This document shows, piece after piece, positions 1 to 8,989 of a DNA stretch of 64,000 bases; the stretch's first letter is position 1; each line of letters begins with the position of its first letter. The stretch covers positions 192,001 to 256,000 of the forward strand of contig OY759726.1 of NCBI GenBank assembly GCA_963662625.1, given 5' to 3'. The notes under the pieces are model-generated. The model was not told where the DNA came from. It worked only from the letters and a program-made list of their open reading frames with translations, and searched no databases. Origin of the DNA: Nitrosopumilus sp. (GTDB lineage Archaea > Thermoproteota > Nitrososphaeria > Nitrososphaerales > Nitrosopumilaceae). A program made the translations under genes and the position numbers.

Positions 1-162
1 TGGCCGGCGGCCCCGACGAGGACAAGGTGCGCCGCGCGGTGGCGAGGATCTCGGAGATAGTGTCGGGGAGCCCCGGGCGGCACGGCGGCTGGAAGTGACC
101 GGGGGGCGCCGCCATGGAACCCAGGGCCGGGACCTGGCGGGCATGGGCCCCGGCCTGGAAGC

Positions 163-933
163 TCACGTCGCGCATTCGCCGCCGCAGGGGGACTGGCCGC
201 CGGCGTCGGGCAGGGCGGCACCGCGGGACATGGCGCGCGCCATCCCCCTCAGCGTGTGGCCGTCGGGGGCCAGGGTCTGCCGGGGGAAGTGCTTGTTGGA
301 CTCCTCCACGCCGACGGCCATGGCGTAGAGGTCTGGGTGGGACTCCCAGATCTCGCGCCACCTCCGCATGCTGTTGAAGGGGCAGAAATGGCACCCGCTC
401 TTCGGCGGGACTGGGAGCCTCGCGCGCCTCACCATGGCCTCGCACGCGTCCCTGCCAATCCCGGAATCGACCAGCGGGTAGAGGTTGGTGACGTAGGGGG
501 CGGCCGGCGGCTTCATCCTGCGCGCCTCGCCGTGGTCTATCCCCATGTACTGGTAGACGTGCCCGCCGATCGCGCGGTAGTACGCGTGGACCGGCGCCAC
601 CTTGACGTCCCTGGTGCACCACCGCCAGACCTGCGAGGGGATGACCCCCCTGCCGGCGCACCGCTCCATCAGCGACCGGCCGCTGCGCGTCCGCACCACG
701 TCGAGGCGCAGCCCCCTCCTCCGGAGGTAGCGCCGCATCACCCCGAGGTAGGCGTACGTCTCCGGGATCTCGTCCCCGGTGTCGGCGAACACCACGCGAT
801 CCAGCGGCAGCCCCTCGCGCAGGATGTGCACTATCATGGCGGTCGAGTTCAGCCCCCCGCCGTAGCTCGCCGCGTAGGTGGCCCCCGCGTCCCTTTCCAT
901 CCCGATCGTGCCCCGGGTCCAGGCGTTTTCCAT
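163..933 (-). CDS. PAPS reductase-family protein (mobile-element type, DndC-like superfamily)
   Basis: PP-loop-like SYGGGLNS, FADTGDE, RWCTRDVK, GID, C-terminal SGCHFCPF. Confidence 0.8.
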   Translation of the reverse strand: MENAWTRGTIGMERDAGATYAASYGGGLNSTAMIVHILREGLPLDRVVFADTGDEIPETYAYLGVMRRYLRRRGLRLDVVRTRSGRSLMERCAGRGVIPSQVWRWCTRDVKVAPVHAYYRAIGGHVYQYMGIDHGEARRMKPPAAPYVTNLYPLVDSGIGRDACEAMVRRARLPVPPKSGCHFCPFNSMRRWREIWESHPDLYAMAVGVEESNKHFPRQTLAPDGHTLRGMARAMSRGAALPDAGGQSPCGGECAT

Positions 934-989
934 GCCGGCAAGCAGCCCGCGCGTATTTAGGGTTATACGCGGCCCCCATTCCGGTGCCC

Positions 990-2123
990 ATGGAGAGGAC
1001 GGTGGTGGACCTGTTCTGCGGCGCGGGTGGCATGTCCCTGGGGTTCGCCCAGGCCGGGTTCGAGGTGGCCTTCGGGGTGGACAGCGACAGGCACTCGGTC
1101 GGCACGTTTGCCCGCAACCACGGCCCGGCGTCCGTCGAAGACGTCGCCAACGTGGACGCGGAATACGTCCTGGACTCGGCCGGCATCGGCGGCGTCGGGG
1201 TCCTGGTCGGGTGTCCCCCGTGCCAGGGGTACAGCAGGGCCGGCGCCGGCAGGCTGCGCTCGGCGGGGCGGCCCACGGGGATGGGGGACCCGCGCAACTC
1301 CCTCTACTCCGAGTTCCTCAGGCTGGTGAGGGAGATCCGCCCCGAATGGTTCGTGATGGAGAACGTGCCCGGGATGCTCACTGTCGGCGGGGGGGCCGTG
1401 AGGAGGGGGATCCCGGCGGGCGCCGGGCCGGGGTACTCCGTGTCGTTCATGGTGCTCGACGCGGCCGACTTTGGCGTCCCGCAGCACAGGCGGAGGGCCA
1501 TAGTCATCGGCAACCGGCTCGGCGTCCGCAACCCGCGTCCGGGGAGGACCCACTGCCCGCCGGGGGAGGCGTGGGGGTCTGGGCTGCGGCCGCACGTGAC
1601 GGTGGCCGACGCGATATCGGACATGCCTCCCCTGGGGCCGGGGGAGGGGGAGCCGTGCGCGCCCTACCCGGAGGGGGCCCGGCCGACGGAATACCAGGCC
1701 GGGATGAGGAGGGGGTGCGACCGCCTGTACTGGCACGTCGCCAGGAGGCAGGGGGCGCGCGACCTCGGGATATTCGCGATGCTGCCGCCGGGCGGGAAGA
1801 TAGGGGACCTGCCGGGGCGAGTCAACCCGTGGCCCAACTCCTTCCTGGACAGGTACAGGAAGCTGCCGGTGGACGCGCCGTCGCACGCCGTCATATCCCA
1901 CCTGGCGAAGGACGGGATGACCCACGTCCACCCGGATCCTGGGCAGAACAGGAGCATAACCCCGAGGGAGGCCGCCAGGCTGCAGTCCTTCCCCGACAGC
2001 TACCGCTTCGACGGCCCGCCTGGCAGCCAGTTCAGGCAGATCGGCAACGCCGTCCCGCCGCTGCTGGCCAGGATGGTGGCGGAATCGGTGGCCCGCGCCG
2101 CGGCGGGTGCCGGCGCGGCGTGA
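990..2123 (+). CDS. dcm: DNA (cytosine-5)-methyltransferase
   Basis: Motifs [43 protein letters not shown]. Confidence 0.95.
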   Translation: MERTVVDLFCGAGGMSLGFAQAGFEVAFGVDSDRHSVGTFARNHGPASVEDVANVDAEYVLDSAGIGGVGVLVGCPPCQGYSRAGAGRLRSAGRPTGMGDPRNSLYSEFLRLVREIRPEWFVMENVPGMLTVGGGAVRRGIPAGAGPGYSVSFMVLDAADFGVPQHRRRAIVIGNRLGVRNPRPGRTHCPPGEAWGSGLRPHVTVADAISDMPPLGPGEGEPCAPYPEGARPTEYQAGMRRGCDRLYWHVARRQGARDLGIFAMLPPGGKIGDLPGRVNPWPNSFLDRYRKLPVDAPSHAVISHLAKDGMTHVHPDPGQNRSITPREAARLQSFPDSYRFDGPPGSQFRQIGNAVPPLLARMVAESVARAAAGAGAA

Positions 2124-2132
2124 CTCCGGCGG

Positions 2133-2570
2133 TCACCCCGCGCCCCCGCCCGGGGGCAGGCCGCGGGCCTGGAGCCTGTCCTTCCACCCGCCAGTGGCCC
2201 GGTAGTGGGGGATCCCGGCCCGCGGGATCATCTCCAGCCACTCCTCCAGCTGGAAGGTGGCGAATCCTCTGGACAGGATCTCGGCCGCGCGGGTCCGGGC
2301 CATCCGCCTGACCGCCCTCCTCTGGCGGCTGTAGAACCTCGAACGCTCGTGCTCGGCCGCGGGCGGGGCGGCGCGCCGGCGGCGGGCGTCGTTCTCCCGG
2401 CCGCATTCCCGCGAGCACGTCCTCACCAGCGAGAACCTGTGGACGACGAACGGCCTCCCGCAGCAGGCGCACTCCCTCTCCACGTCGGCCTTGCGCATCC
2501 TGCGTCCTGGCGGGCGGCGGTTGTTCCCGAGGGCGTGGTAGTCCGGCTCCATCCCAGCCCAGTCCGTCAT
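2133..2570 (-). CDS. Arg-rich zinc-finger protein (CxxC...CSxxC)
   Basis: CACCGRPF...TCSREC; start ATG at 2570 is a choice. Confidence 0.55.
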   Translation of the reverse strand: MTDWAGMEPDYHALGNNRRPPGRRMRKADVERECACCGRPFVVHRFSLVRTCSRECGRENDARRRRAAPPAAEHERSRFYSRQRRAVRRMARTRAAEILSRGFATFQLEEWLEMIPRAGIPHYRATGGWKDRLQARGLPPGGGAG

Positions 2571-2919
2571 GGGGCACCGCCGCCGCTGGATGCCGCGGGG
2601 GCGCGCTTCTTCCCGCCCCCACGCCCGTCCCCCCGCCGCCCGGGGCGGCCCAGAACCAACGCGGACATGGGAAAAAGGAAGCCCGGGGGGTATTAAGACC
2701 CGGGCGGCGGCCCCCTGCCTGGGCCGCGTTTCCAGCATTTTCGGCCCGGCCCGGGCCGTTCTTTAAATGCCGACTGCGAGTTTCACCGCCCGGCGGCCCC
2801 CGCGCGCGGCTTTCCGCTCCCCCCGAGTGCGAAATGCGCCGGAAAACCGATTAAAATCCTCATACTGGAACAACAAAATAAGTTAATAATTCTGGAAGGC
2901 CGCCGTTTTCAGGCGTGGC

Positions 2920-2963
2920 CATTGGCGTTAAGTGTAAAACCAGTTTTACATTTAACGCCAATG
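2920..2963. repeat. 44-bp near-perfect palindrome in an AT-rich intergenic region
   Basis: CATTGGCGTTAAGTGTAAAAC-CA-GTTTTACATTTAACGCCAATG: 21-bp arms with one G.T mismatch. Confidence 0.9.
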
Positions 2964-3109
2964 CGATATTCGTTTTTCATTCCTCCCCAAAAACTGCCGG
3001 AAGGACTGTTCCGATACGTTGTGGTTACGGCGCTTCCCATATAAAGTTTGAAATGCGGCATCTTCGGGCCCGGCGGCCGCGCTTTTATCCCCAGCGGAGA
3101 CTCCATGGC

Positions 3110-3244
3110 ATGGAAGACCCCCAACTCAGGTGCTGCCGGTGCGACAGGAAGCTCCGCGGCATAGGCGGGGGGCGCGTGGTCGGATCCAGGAGATTTACCC
3201 TGCTGTCATCCGGGGCGGTCTGTGACGGCTGCCTCGGCGGCTGA
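3110..3244 (+). CDS. Small zinc-finger protein (44 aa)
   Basis: CCRCD...CDGC; TTTTAT box ~25 nt upstream. Confidence 0.5.
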   Translation: MEDPQLRCCRCDRKLRGIGGGRVVGSRRFTLLSSGAVCDGCLGG

Positions 3245-3584
3245 CCATTCGGCCTGGGCCGCCGCGCCCGCCCCCTCCCCCCGCCGCCGTCCCGCGCGCG
3301 CCGGGCGGCGCGTCCGGGACGAGGCCGTCCACCATCACCCTGATCCTGGCGAGCGACTCCTCAACGTCCGCCATCCTCCGGGCGGCCTCGGCGCCGGTGA
3401 TCCCCGCCCCGGGAGGCCCCGGGCCGGCGCGCCTCCTCGCCCCGTCGACTGCCGAGGAGACGAGGGCGAACCTCCTCCTCACCGACGCCACCCTCGCCGG
3501 GGTCAATGGGGGCCGCGCCTCCCACCGCAGCGAGTCCAGCCTCCTGACGATCCTGTCCCTTTCGGCCCTCGTCACGTGGGCCAT
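3195..3584 (-). CDS. Hypothetical protein downstream of VirB4
   Basis: Starts just after the VirB4 stop; helical composition. Confidence 0.55.
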   Translation of the reverse strand: MAHVTRAERDRIVRRLDSLRWEARPPLTPARVASVRRRFALVSSAVDGARRRAGPGPPGAGITGAEAARRMADVEESLARIRVMVDGLVPDAPPGARGTAAGGGGGRGGPGRMVSRRGSRHRPPRMTAG

Positions 3585-3585
3585 C

Positions 3586-5463
3586 TCAGAGGTCCGGCGC
3601 CGCCGTGTCGAACGTCTTGAGCTGCTTCTCCGTCGGCATTATGGAGACCTTGATCCTGTTGTTGTCGCTGCGCATTATGGCCTGCCCCTTGTGGAGCGTG
3701 GTTATCTCGTCTGCCTCCTTCTGGGAGAGCTTCAGTATCTTCTTGAGCAGCGCGGCCGTCTCCGGCAGCATCCTGAGCAGCACCTTCGTCGAGGAGTTGT
3801 TGATTATCCCCTTGCCGTGGACGTTCGTCATCACGTCGTCGAGCTCCTGGGTCATGACCAGCATGTGCACGTTCTCCTTCCTCCCGGACTTCACGATGTC
3901 GTTGAGGACCGCCGCCGTCGACTCCATCCGGAGCATGAACCACGCCTCCTCTATCACCAGGAGCTTGGGGACGTGCTCGGGGGCGTCGCGCATGTCCTGC
4001 CAGATCTTCATCAGTATCAGGGTGATCAGCATCGCCGTGACCCGGTCCTTGCTGGCCTTCCTCATCGCGATCGTGGTCATGTCGCCCACGTCCATCTTCC
4101 CGGCGAACATCCTGGCGAGGCCGCCGTCGACGAACTGGGCCAGGTAGGTGGCGGCCTTGCGGCAGTCGTCGGCGTCGTCGCCGCCGTCGGTCCTGAGCCT
4201 GTCCACCAGCTCCGCGGTGCTGCCGGCGCCGGCCGACCTGGCGAGGGTGAGGGAGCGGAGGTTCGGCGGCATCTCCACGACGTCGCAGAGTATGCCGGCG
4301 GCCTGGTCCGCGTTGGCCGACACCTTGAACGGGTCCAGCCCCATCTCGTCGCGGGTCATCATGTCCACGACCCCCATCCCCAGGTAGTCCGACAGCCGGA
4401 CGTATTCCCCGTGCAGGTCCAGGATGTACGCCATCACCCGGTGGTCCTCGCCGTACCTGGTCCGGATCATCTGGAAGAAGTTGTCCACGTAGGTCTTCAC
4501 CGTCATGCTCTTGCCGTACCCGGACTGGCCCAGTATGATCATGTTGTAGTTGGCCCTCCTGGAATAGTCGTATATCACCGGGGCGCCGGTTATCTGGTTG
4601 TCCCCCAGGTAGACCCCGTTTGGCTCCATCATGTCGGACGAGGAGAAGGGGAAGAACGCCGCCGTGGACTGGAGGGGGAAGGCGAACCTCTTCCCCCACC
4701 CGGCCAGCGTGTCCCTCTGCTTCCCGGCCACGGCCATGCAGGAGATCTGCCTCTGCCTGGCCTGCCGCTCGAACTCCCTGCACTCCTCGCGCAGGCTCTT
4801 CCTGTCGCGGTGCGTGACCACGGCCGTGACGCCGCACTCGAGCAGCGACGTCTCCTGGTTGTGCATCATGTCGTTGACCCTCCTGGCCTCGGCGGCCTCG
4901 ACCTTGTGCCTCCCCCCGATCTTGGCCTCCAGCGTGTTGGCGTGCCCCACCAGGAAGCTCCTGGCCCTTCCGTCAGATATCGGGGTCATGGAGACGTTGA
5001 CGATGCTGCATATCTCCGACAGCCTCATCACCCACGCCGGCCTTATGGACCGGGGGAAGTTGTACACGGTGTACGCCCTCCACCACGCCCCGGACTCCAT
5101 CTCCATCGACCTCAGGTTCTCCCTCCGGATCTCCCAGGACGGCGGGGACTCGGTCCGGACGAACTGGAAGCCGCTGCCCATCAGCAGCTTCCCGAGGTCG
5201 AACTTGGACGTCAGGTAGACGGCGTGGTCCATGTACTGGTGCTGGTGCCCGGCGGCGGCCACCTCGGCCCTCTTGTTTATTATCCTCATGTCCAGCCTCT
5301 TCTCCGCCGCGCCCACGATCCTGGCGAACGACGCCAGGACGTCGGCCTTCTCCTGCTCGCTGAGTATGTCGTAGTTCGTGGGGGTGAGCTTGTATGTCGT
5401 GGCCCGCGGCCTCTTCCTGGCGCCGGCCCCCCTCCCCTGGCGCGCCTTCCCACTGCCGAACAT
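3586..5463 (-). CDS. virB4: VirB4-like conjugation/T4SS ATPase
   Basis: YLG...NYNMIILGQSGYGKS (Walker A), ILDLHGEY, LLVIEEAW (Walker B), GRK...MTQ, L..GQA. Confidence 0.85.
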   Translation of the reverse strand: MFGSGKARQGRGAGARKRPRATTYKLTPTNYDILSEQEKADVLASFARIVGAAEKRLDMRIINKRAEVAAAGHQHQYMDHAVYLTSKFDLGKLLMGSGFQFVRTESPPSWEIRRENLRSMEMESGAWWRAYTVYNFPRSIRPAWVMRLSEICSIVNVSMTPISDGRARSFLVGHANTLEAKIGGRHKVEAAEARRVNDMMHNQETSLLECGVTAVVTHRDRKSLREECREFERQARQRQISCMAVAGKQRDTLAGWGKRFAFPLQSTAAFFPFSSSDMMEPNGVYLGDNQITGAPVIYDYSRRANYNMIILGQSGYGKSMTVKTYVDNFFQMIRTRYGEDHRVMAYILDLHGEYVRLSDYLGMGVVDMMTRDEMGLDPFKVSANADQAAGILCDVVEMPPNLRSLTLARSAGAGSTAELVDRLRTDGGDDADDCRKAATYLAQFVDGGLARMFAGKMDVGDMTTIAMRKASKDRVTAMLITLILMKIWQDMRDAPEHVPKLLVIEEAWFMLRMESTAAVLNDIVKSGRKENVHMLVMTQELDDVMTNVHGKGIINNSSTKVLLRMLPETAALLKKILKLSQKEADEITTLHKGQAIMRSDNNRIKVSIMPTEKQLKTFDTAAPDL

Positions 5464-5512
5464 GGGAGTCAGGTACGGCGGGCGCTTTTAAGGGCAGCGC
5501 GGTGGTGGAATC

Positions 5513-7018
5513 GTGGCCGACAAGCGTTACAAGCTGCACAGCATCAAGATGGACGCCGGCGCCATCGAGACGCTGGAGAAGTACAAGGTGGGGAAGGTCG
5601 ACGTCACCATAACGGGGGACGGGAGGTACCTGGTGCAGGAGCCGGTGATGCCGGCGGGGGGCGACGACCTCTACGACCAGATCATGAAGAAGATAGAGAT
5701 GAGCTTCGTGATGGACCACGAGGACGACTCCGACCCGGAGGTCATAGCGATAAACTTCGAGAGGGAGTTCTGGGAGACCACCAGGCGGCTCAACAAGTTC
5801 GAGGAGGCCAAGGGCATGTTCTCGAACATCGAGTACTACATCCGGCGCGACATCCTGGGCTTCCTCCTGATCGACCCGCTGATGAGGGACCCCGACATAG
5901 AGGACGTGCTGTGCTCGGCCCCGGCCAGGAACATCCGGGTGATCCACAAGAGGTACTCCGGGCGGTTCCACACGCTGGAGACCAACGTGGCGTTCGCGGA
6001 GTCCAGGGACATGGAGAAGTTCATCCAGAGGATGTACGGCCGCACCGGGACGGAGCCCACGGAGTCCTCCCCGATATCCGTCACGTACCTGCGCGACGGC
6101 TCCAGGATCAGCTGCACGTTCGGCTCCCAGGTGTCCTCCCCCGGGCCGGTCATAGCCATCCGGAAGTTCCCGGAGTCCCCGCTCACCGTCACCGACATGA
6201 TAAAGTCCGGGACGATGACGGCCGAGGTCGCCGCGTACATCTGGACCCTCCTCGACGCCAAGGCGGTCGGGCTGGTGATCGGGGTCACCGGCTCGGGGAA
6301 GACCACCCTGCTGGGCTCGTTCACCACCATGATGAACCCGAGGTGGAGGATCCTGACGGTCGAGGACACGCTGGAACTGCAGATACCGCACCCGGACTGG
6401 GTCAGGTACCGCACGCGCAAGTCGTACGGGCAGCTCTCCGACAAGTTCGACGTCACCATGCGGCACCTGATAGACTCGTCCCTGACGCAGCGCCCCGACT
6501 ACGAGATCATAGGGGAGATCAGGCTCGACGACATGGACATGCTGTTCCAGTCCGTCGGCACCGGCCACGGCGGGCTGACCAGCTTCCACGCCTCCAGCCC
6601 CCGCGGGGCCATAACCAGGATGAGGGGCAACAAGATATCGGACGGGGAGATAGCCCTGACGTGGTTCGCGGTGCACACGAGGGACGTGGAGCTCGACGGG
6701 ATCCGGGTCAGGAGGGTCAACGACGTCTCGGAGATAGTCCCGGACGAGGAGACCGGGAAGATAAGCGTGAAGCCCGTGTTCGGGTACGACGTCTTCACCG
6801 ACACTATAAAGAGGAAGGCCATGCTGCAAAACTGCGAGAGGTACGTCGAGGCCACCCACGTCTGCGGGATACGCGAGCCCGAGAAGGACATGGGGTACAG
6901 GATCGGGCTGCTCGACGAGTGCGTCGAGAAGGGGGCCACCGACCCCAGGTCGGTCTTCAGGATACTCGGGCGGTACTACTCCCGCGGGGGCGGGAAGGCC
7001 GGGCGGGCGGCGCGGTGA
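5513..7018 (+). CDS. Type II/IV secretion ATPase (VirB11/TadA/FlaI family)
   Basis: DPDIEDV, IRKF, GVTGSGKTT, TVEDTLEL, RPDYEIIGEIR, TGHGGLTSFHA. Confidence 0.9.
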   Translation: MADKRYKLHSIKMDAGAIETLEKYKVGKVDVTITGDGRYLVQEPVMPAGGDDLYDQIMKKIEMSFVMDHEDDSDPEVIAINFEREFWETTRRLNKFEEAKGMFSNIEYYIRRDILGFLLIDPLMRDPDIEDVLCSAPARNIRVIHKRYSGRFHTLETNVAFAESRDMEKFIQRMYGRTGTEPTESSPISVTYLRDGSRISCTFGSQVSSPGPVIAIRKFPESPLTVTDMIKSGTMTAEVAAYIWTLLDAKAVGLVIGVTGSGKTTLLGSFTTMMNPRWRILTVEDTLELQIPHPDWVRYRTRKSYGQLSDKFDVTMRHLIDSSLTQRPDYEIIGEIRLDDMDMLFQSVGTGHGGLTSFHASSPRGAITRMRGNKISDGEIALTWFAVHTRDVELDGIRVRRVNDVSEIVPDEETGKISVKPVFGYDVFTDTIKRKAMLQNCERYVEATHVCGIREPEKDMGYRIGLLDECVEKGATDPRSVFRILGRYYSRGGGKAGRAAR

Positions 7019-7083
7019 GGACGGCGTTCTCCGCCATTGGCGGGGGGTGCAGCCCCCACCCGGACGCCGCCAGGTTATCCGGG

Positions 7084-7314
7084 ATGATCGGCGTGGAGAT
7101 CGTGGTGTGGGAGGTGGACTGCGCGCTGGTCGGCGGGGAGTGGAGGGTGTACTTCTTGGTGGGAAAGTCGCGGGACTGCTCCAGGTGGTACGTTGACAAG
7201 CACCGCGTCAGCGACATCCAGGTGATGCTGCTGATGAAGGCCCTGTTCCGGGACGGCGCCGCGCCGGTGGTGGCCACCCTGCGGGAGTGCGGGGACGGCC
7301 TCTTCCTGGCGTAG
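7084..7314 (+). CDS. Hypothetical protein (76 aa)
   Basis: Protein-like tail of a long shadow ORF, codirectional with the ATPase. Confidence 0.4.
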   Translation: MIGVEIVVWEVDCALVGGEWRVYFLVGKSRDCSRWYVDKHRVSDIQVMLLMKALFRDGAAPVVATLRECGDGLFLA

Positions 7315-7318
7315 GCGG

Positions 7319-8644
7319 TCATCCCCGGCCATCGTCGTCGTCCCCGCCGTCCCCGGCGTCGGCGGCCCCGGCGCCGTCCGGCCCGCCGTCCCCGTCCCCC
7401 CTGCCGCCCCCTCCGGCGCCAGAAAGCGAGCCCGCGAACCCGCCCAGCGCGCCCTTCCACATGCCCTGGCCGGACGCCGCGCCCTTGGCCATCCCGGTGG
7501 CGACGTTGGCGGCGATGAACGCCGAGGACATCACGGCGCCGGCCACGATCGTGGTGGACTGGTTGACGATCCTCCCGATGAAGGGGACCATTACCAGGGG
7601 GAGGGCGACGGACATGAACAGCGTCCCCATGGAGGATATCCAGACGTACATCATGGCCGCGCCGACGTCCGTCCCCCCAGAGGCCACGGCGACCGGGGAG
7701 GTGATCGCGCTTGCCGCCGTGGCCGCGCCAACGACCGTTATTATCGACGTCAGCAGCGGGATCATGAACAGCGCCGGCAGCGCCGTCAGCAGCTTGTCGG
7801 CGACGGCGTCAAACCCCGGGAACAGCCTGAGGATCAGCAGCAGGGGGAGCGCGCCTATGATCATCCCGGTCAGCATGTCTGTTATGACGGCGATCATGAC
7901 CGACATCAGCCCCACCTGGATGGTCACGATCGACTTCACCGCCCCGAGGAAGAGGTCGCTCCACAGCTGCGTGATTCCCCCCGAGAGTAGCCGCATCAGC
8001 CACTCTACCGGGTCGTCGGTCTCGATGTCGACCTGCTGGCTGCCGGCCATCTGCCATATCACGTAGTTTACCCTGAACTCTGGCCTGCAGACGTCCATCG
8101 CCCTGTCCAGGTCCGGGAACGGGCCCCACACCTCCCCGCCCTTCCTGTAGGGGGAGCCGTTGTAGGCGTCTATGACGTCCGCGTCCGTCCACGACGCCGG
8201 GCACGGGGCGTCCGGGTCCCCGGTGTAGAGCCCGTTCAGCACGGCCTTGGAGCCGTCCTCCATGAGCTGCGCCCCGGCGTCCCAGATGAAGGGGAACGCC
8301 GCCAGCAGCATGATGGAAAAGAGCATGTAGGCGGCCTTCTGGCGCAGGAAGTCCTGGCGGAACGCGAAGTGGAACGCTATGGCCAGGATTATACCGATGG
8401 TGAACACCATGTACGCCGCCCACCTGAGCTGCTCGTACAGGCCGAAGATCTCGTTCCCCGTCCCCAGGGCCGTGACGTAGTCGAACCGCGGCAGGTCGGT
8501 CATCTCCCCCGCCAGGTTGACCTCCATCACCCCGGCCATGATCCCGGCCACCAGCGCCAGCGCCACGTTGACCAGTATGACCGACACTATCACCACCGCG
8601 CCGTCCACCAGCTCAGTCAGGAACCCAGGGATCCTCAGCCTCAC
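7319..8644 (-). CDS. Polytopic membrane protein, VirB6/TrbL-like (paralog 1)
   Basis: Multiple TM segments, Gly/Ala-rich tail, adjacent to VirB4/VirB11; shares VLNxLY..D.D.PC and VCRPEF.V.YV..QM with 16366-18336. Confidence 0.65.
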   Translation of the reverse strand: MRLRIPGFLTELVDGAVVIVSVILVNVALALVAGIMAGVMEVNLAGEMTDLPRFDYVTALGTGNEIFGLYEQLRWAAYMVFTIGIILAIAFHFAFRQDFLRQKAAYMLFSIMLLAAFPFIWDAGAQLMEDGSKAVLNGLYTGDPDAPCPASWTDADVIDAYNGSPYRKGGEVWGPFPDLDRAMDVCRPEFRVNYVIWQMAGSQQVDIETDDPVEWLMRLLSGGITQLWSDLFLGAVKSIVTIQVGLMSVMIAVITDMLTGMIIGALPLLLILRLFPGFDAVADKLLTALPALFMIPLLTSIITVVGAATAASAITSPVAVASGGTDVGAAMMYVWISSMGTLFMSVALPLVMVPFIGRIVNQSTTIVAGAVMSSAFIAANVATGMAKGAASGQGMWKGALGGFAGSLSGAGGGGRGDGDGGPDGAGAADAGDGGDDDDGRG

Positions 8645-8711
8645 GGTGGCAACACCGCCGTGGGGCTTTAAGGCCCGCCGGCCCTTTTAACCCCCCGGCG
8701 GTGTTCCCGGC

Positions 8712-8984
8712 ATGGGGGAGTCGTGGTCGTTCGACGTCAAGGTTGGCACGGTGGACGCCGTCCTGTACGCCGAGAGGGGGCGCCTGAAGATCGAGTCCGG
8801 CGACTCGGTGCTGGTCGACACCCGCTCTCTACGGTCCGTAGACACCAGGGGCGGCGAGAGGCTGGTCATAGTCTGGGAGGACGGCGGGGCGAGGCTGGCG
8901 CAGGTGGTGAGGGTGACGTCCGCCCCGGCGGTGGTGGCGTGCGAGAAGGTCGCCGAGATGGTGTCGCCCGGATCCTGGGCGTGA
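8712..8984 (+). CDS. Small hypothetical protein, possibly PH-like fold
   Basis: Beta-rich pattern G..LY...RLKIES with a C-terminal helix. Confidence 0.5.
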   Translation: MGESWSFDVKVGTVDAVLYAERGRLKIESGDSVLVDTRSLRSVDTRGGERLVIVWEDGGARLAQVVRVTSAPAVVACEKVAEMVSPGSWA

Positions 8985-8989
8985 CGCCG

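Noticed and set aside
163-933. Complete Dnd/Ssp phosphorothioation system
   Set aside because: Only a short PAPS-reductase-like gene is present; no DndD/DndE, SspBC or cysteine desulfurase is visible.
3397-7314. 1305-aa + strand ORF and similar very long ORFs (26310-30002, 32996-36226, 58660-61590, 58822-62064)
   Set aside because: High-GC shadow frames or false N-terminal extensions with R/G/P-rich translations overlapping well-supported genes; only their 3' parts are credible.
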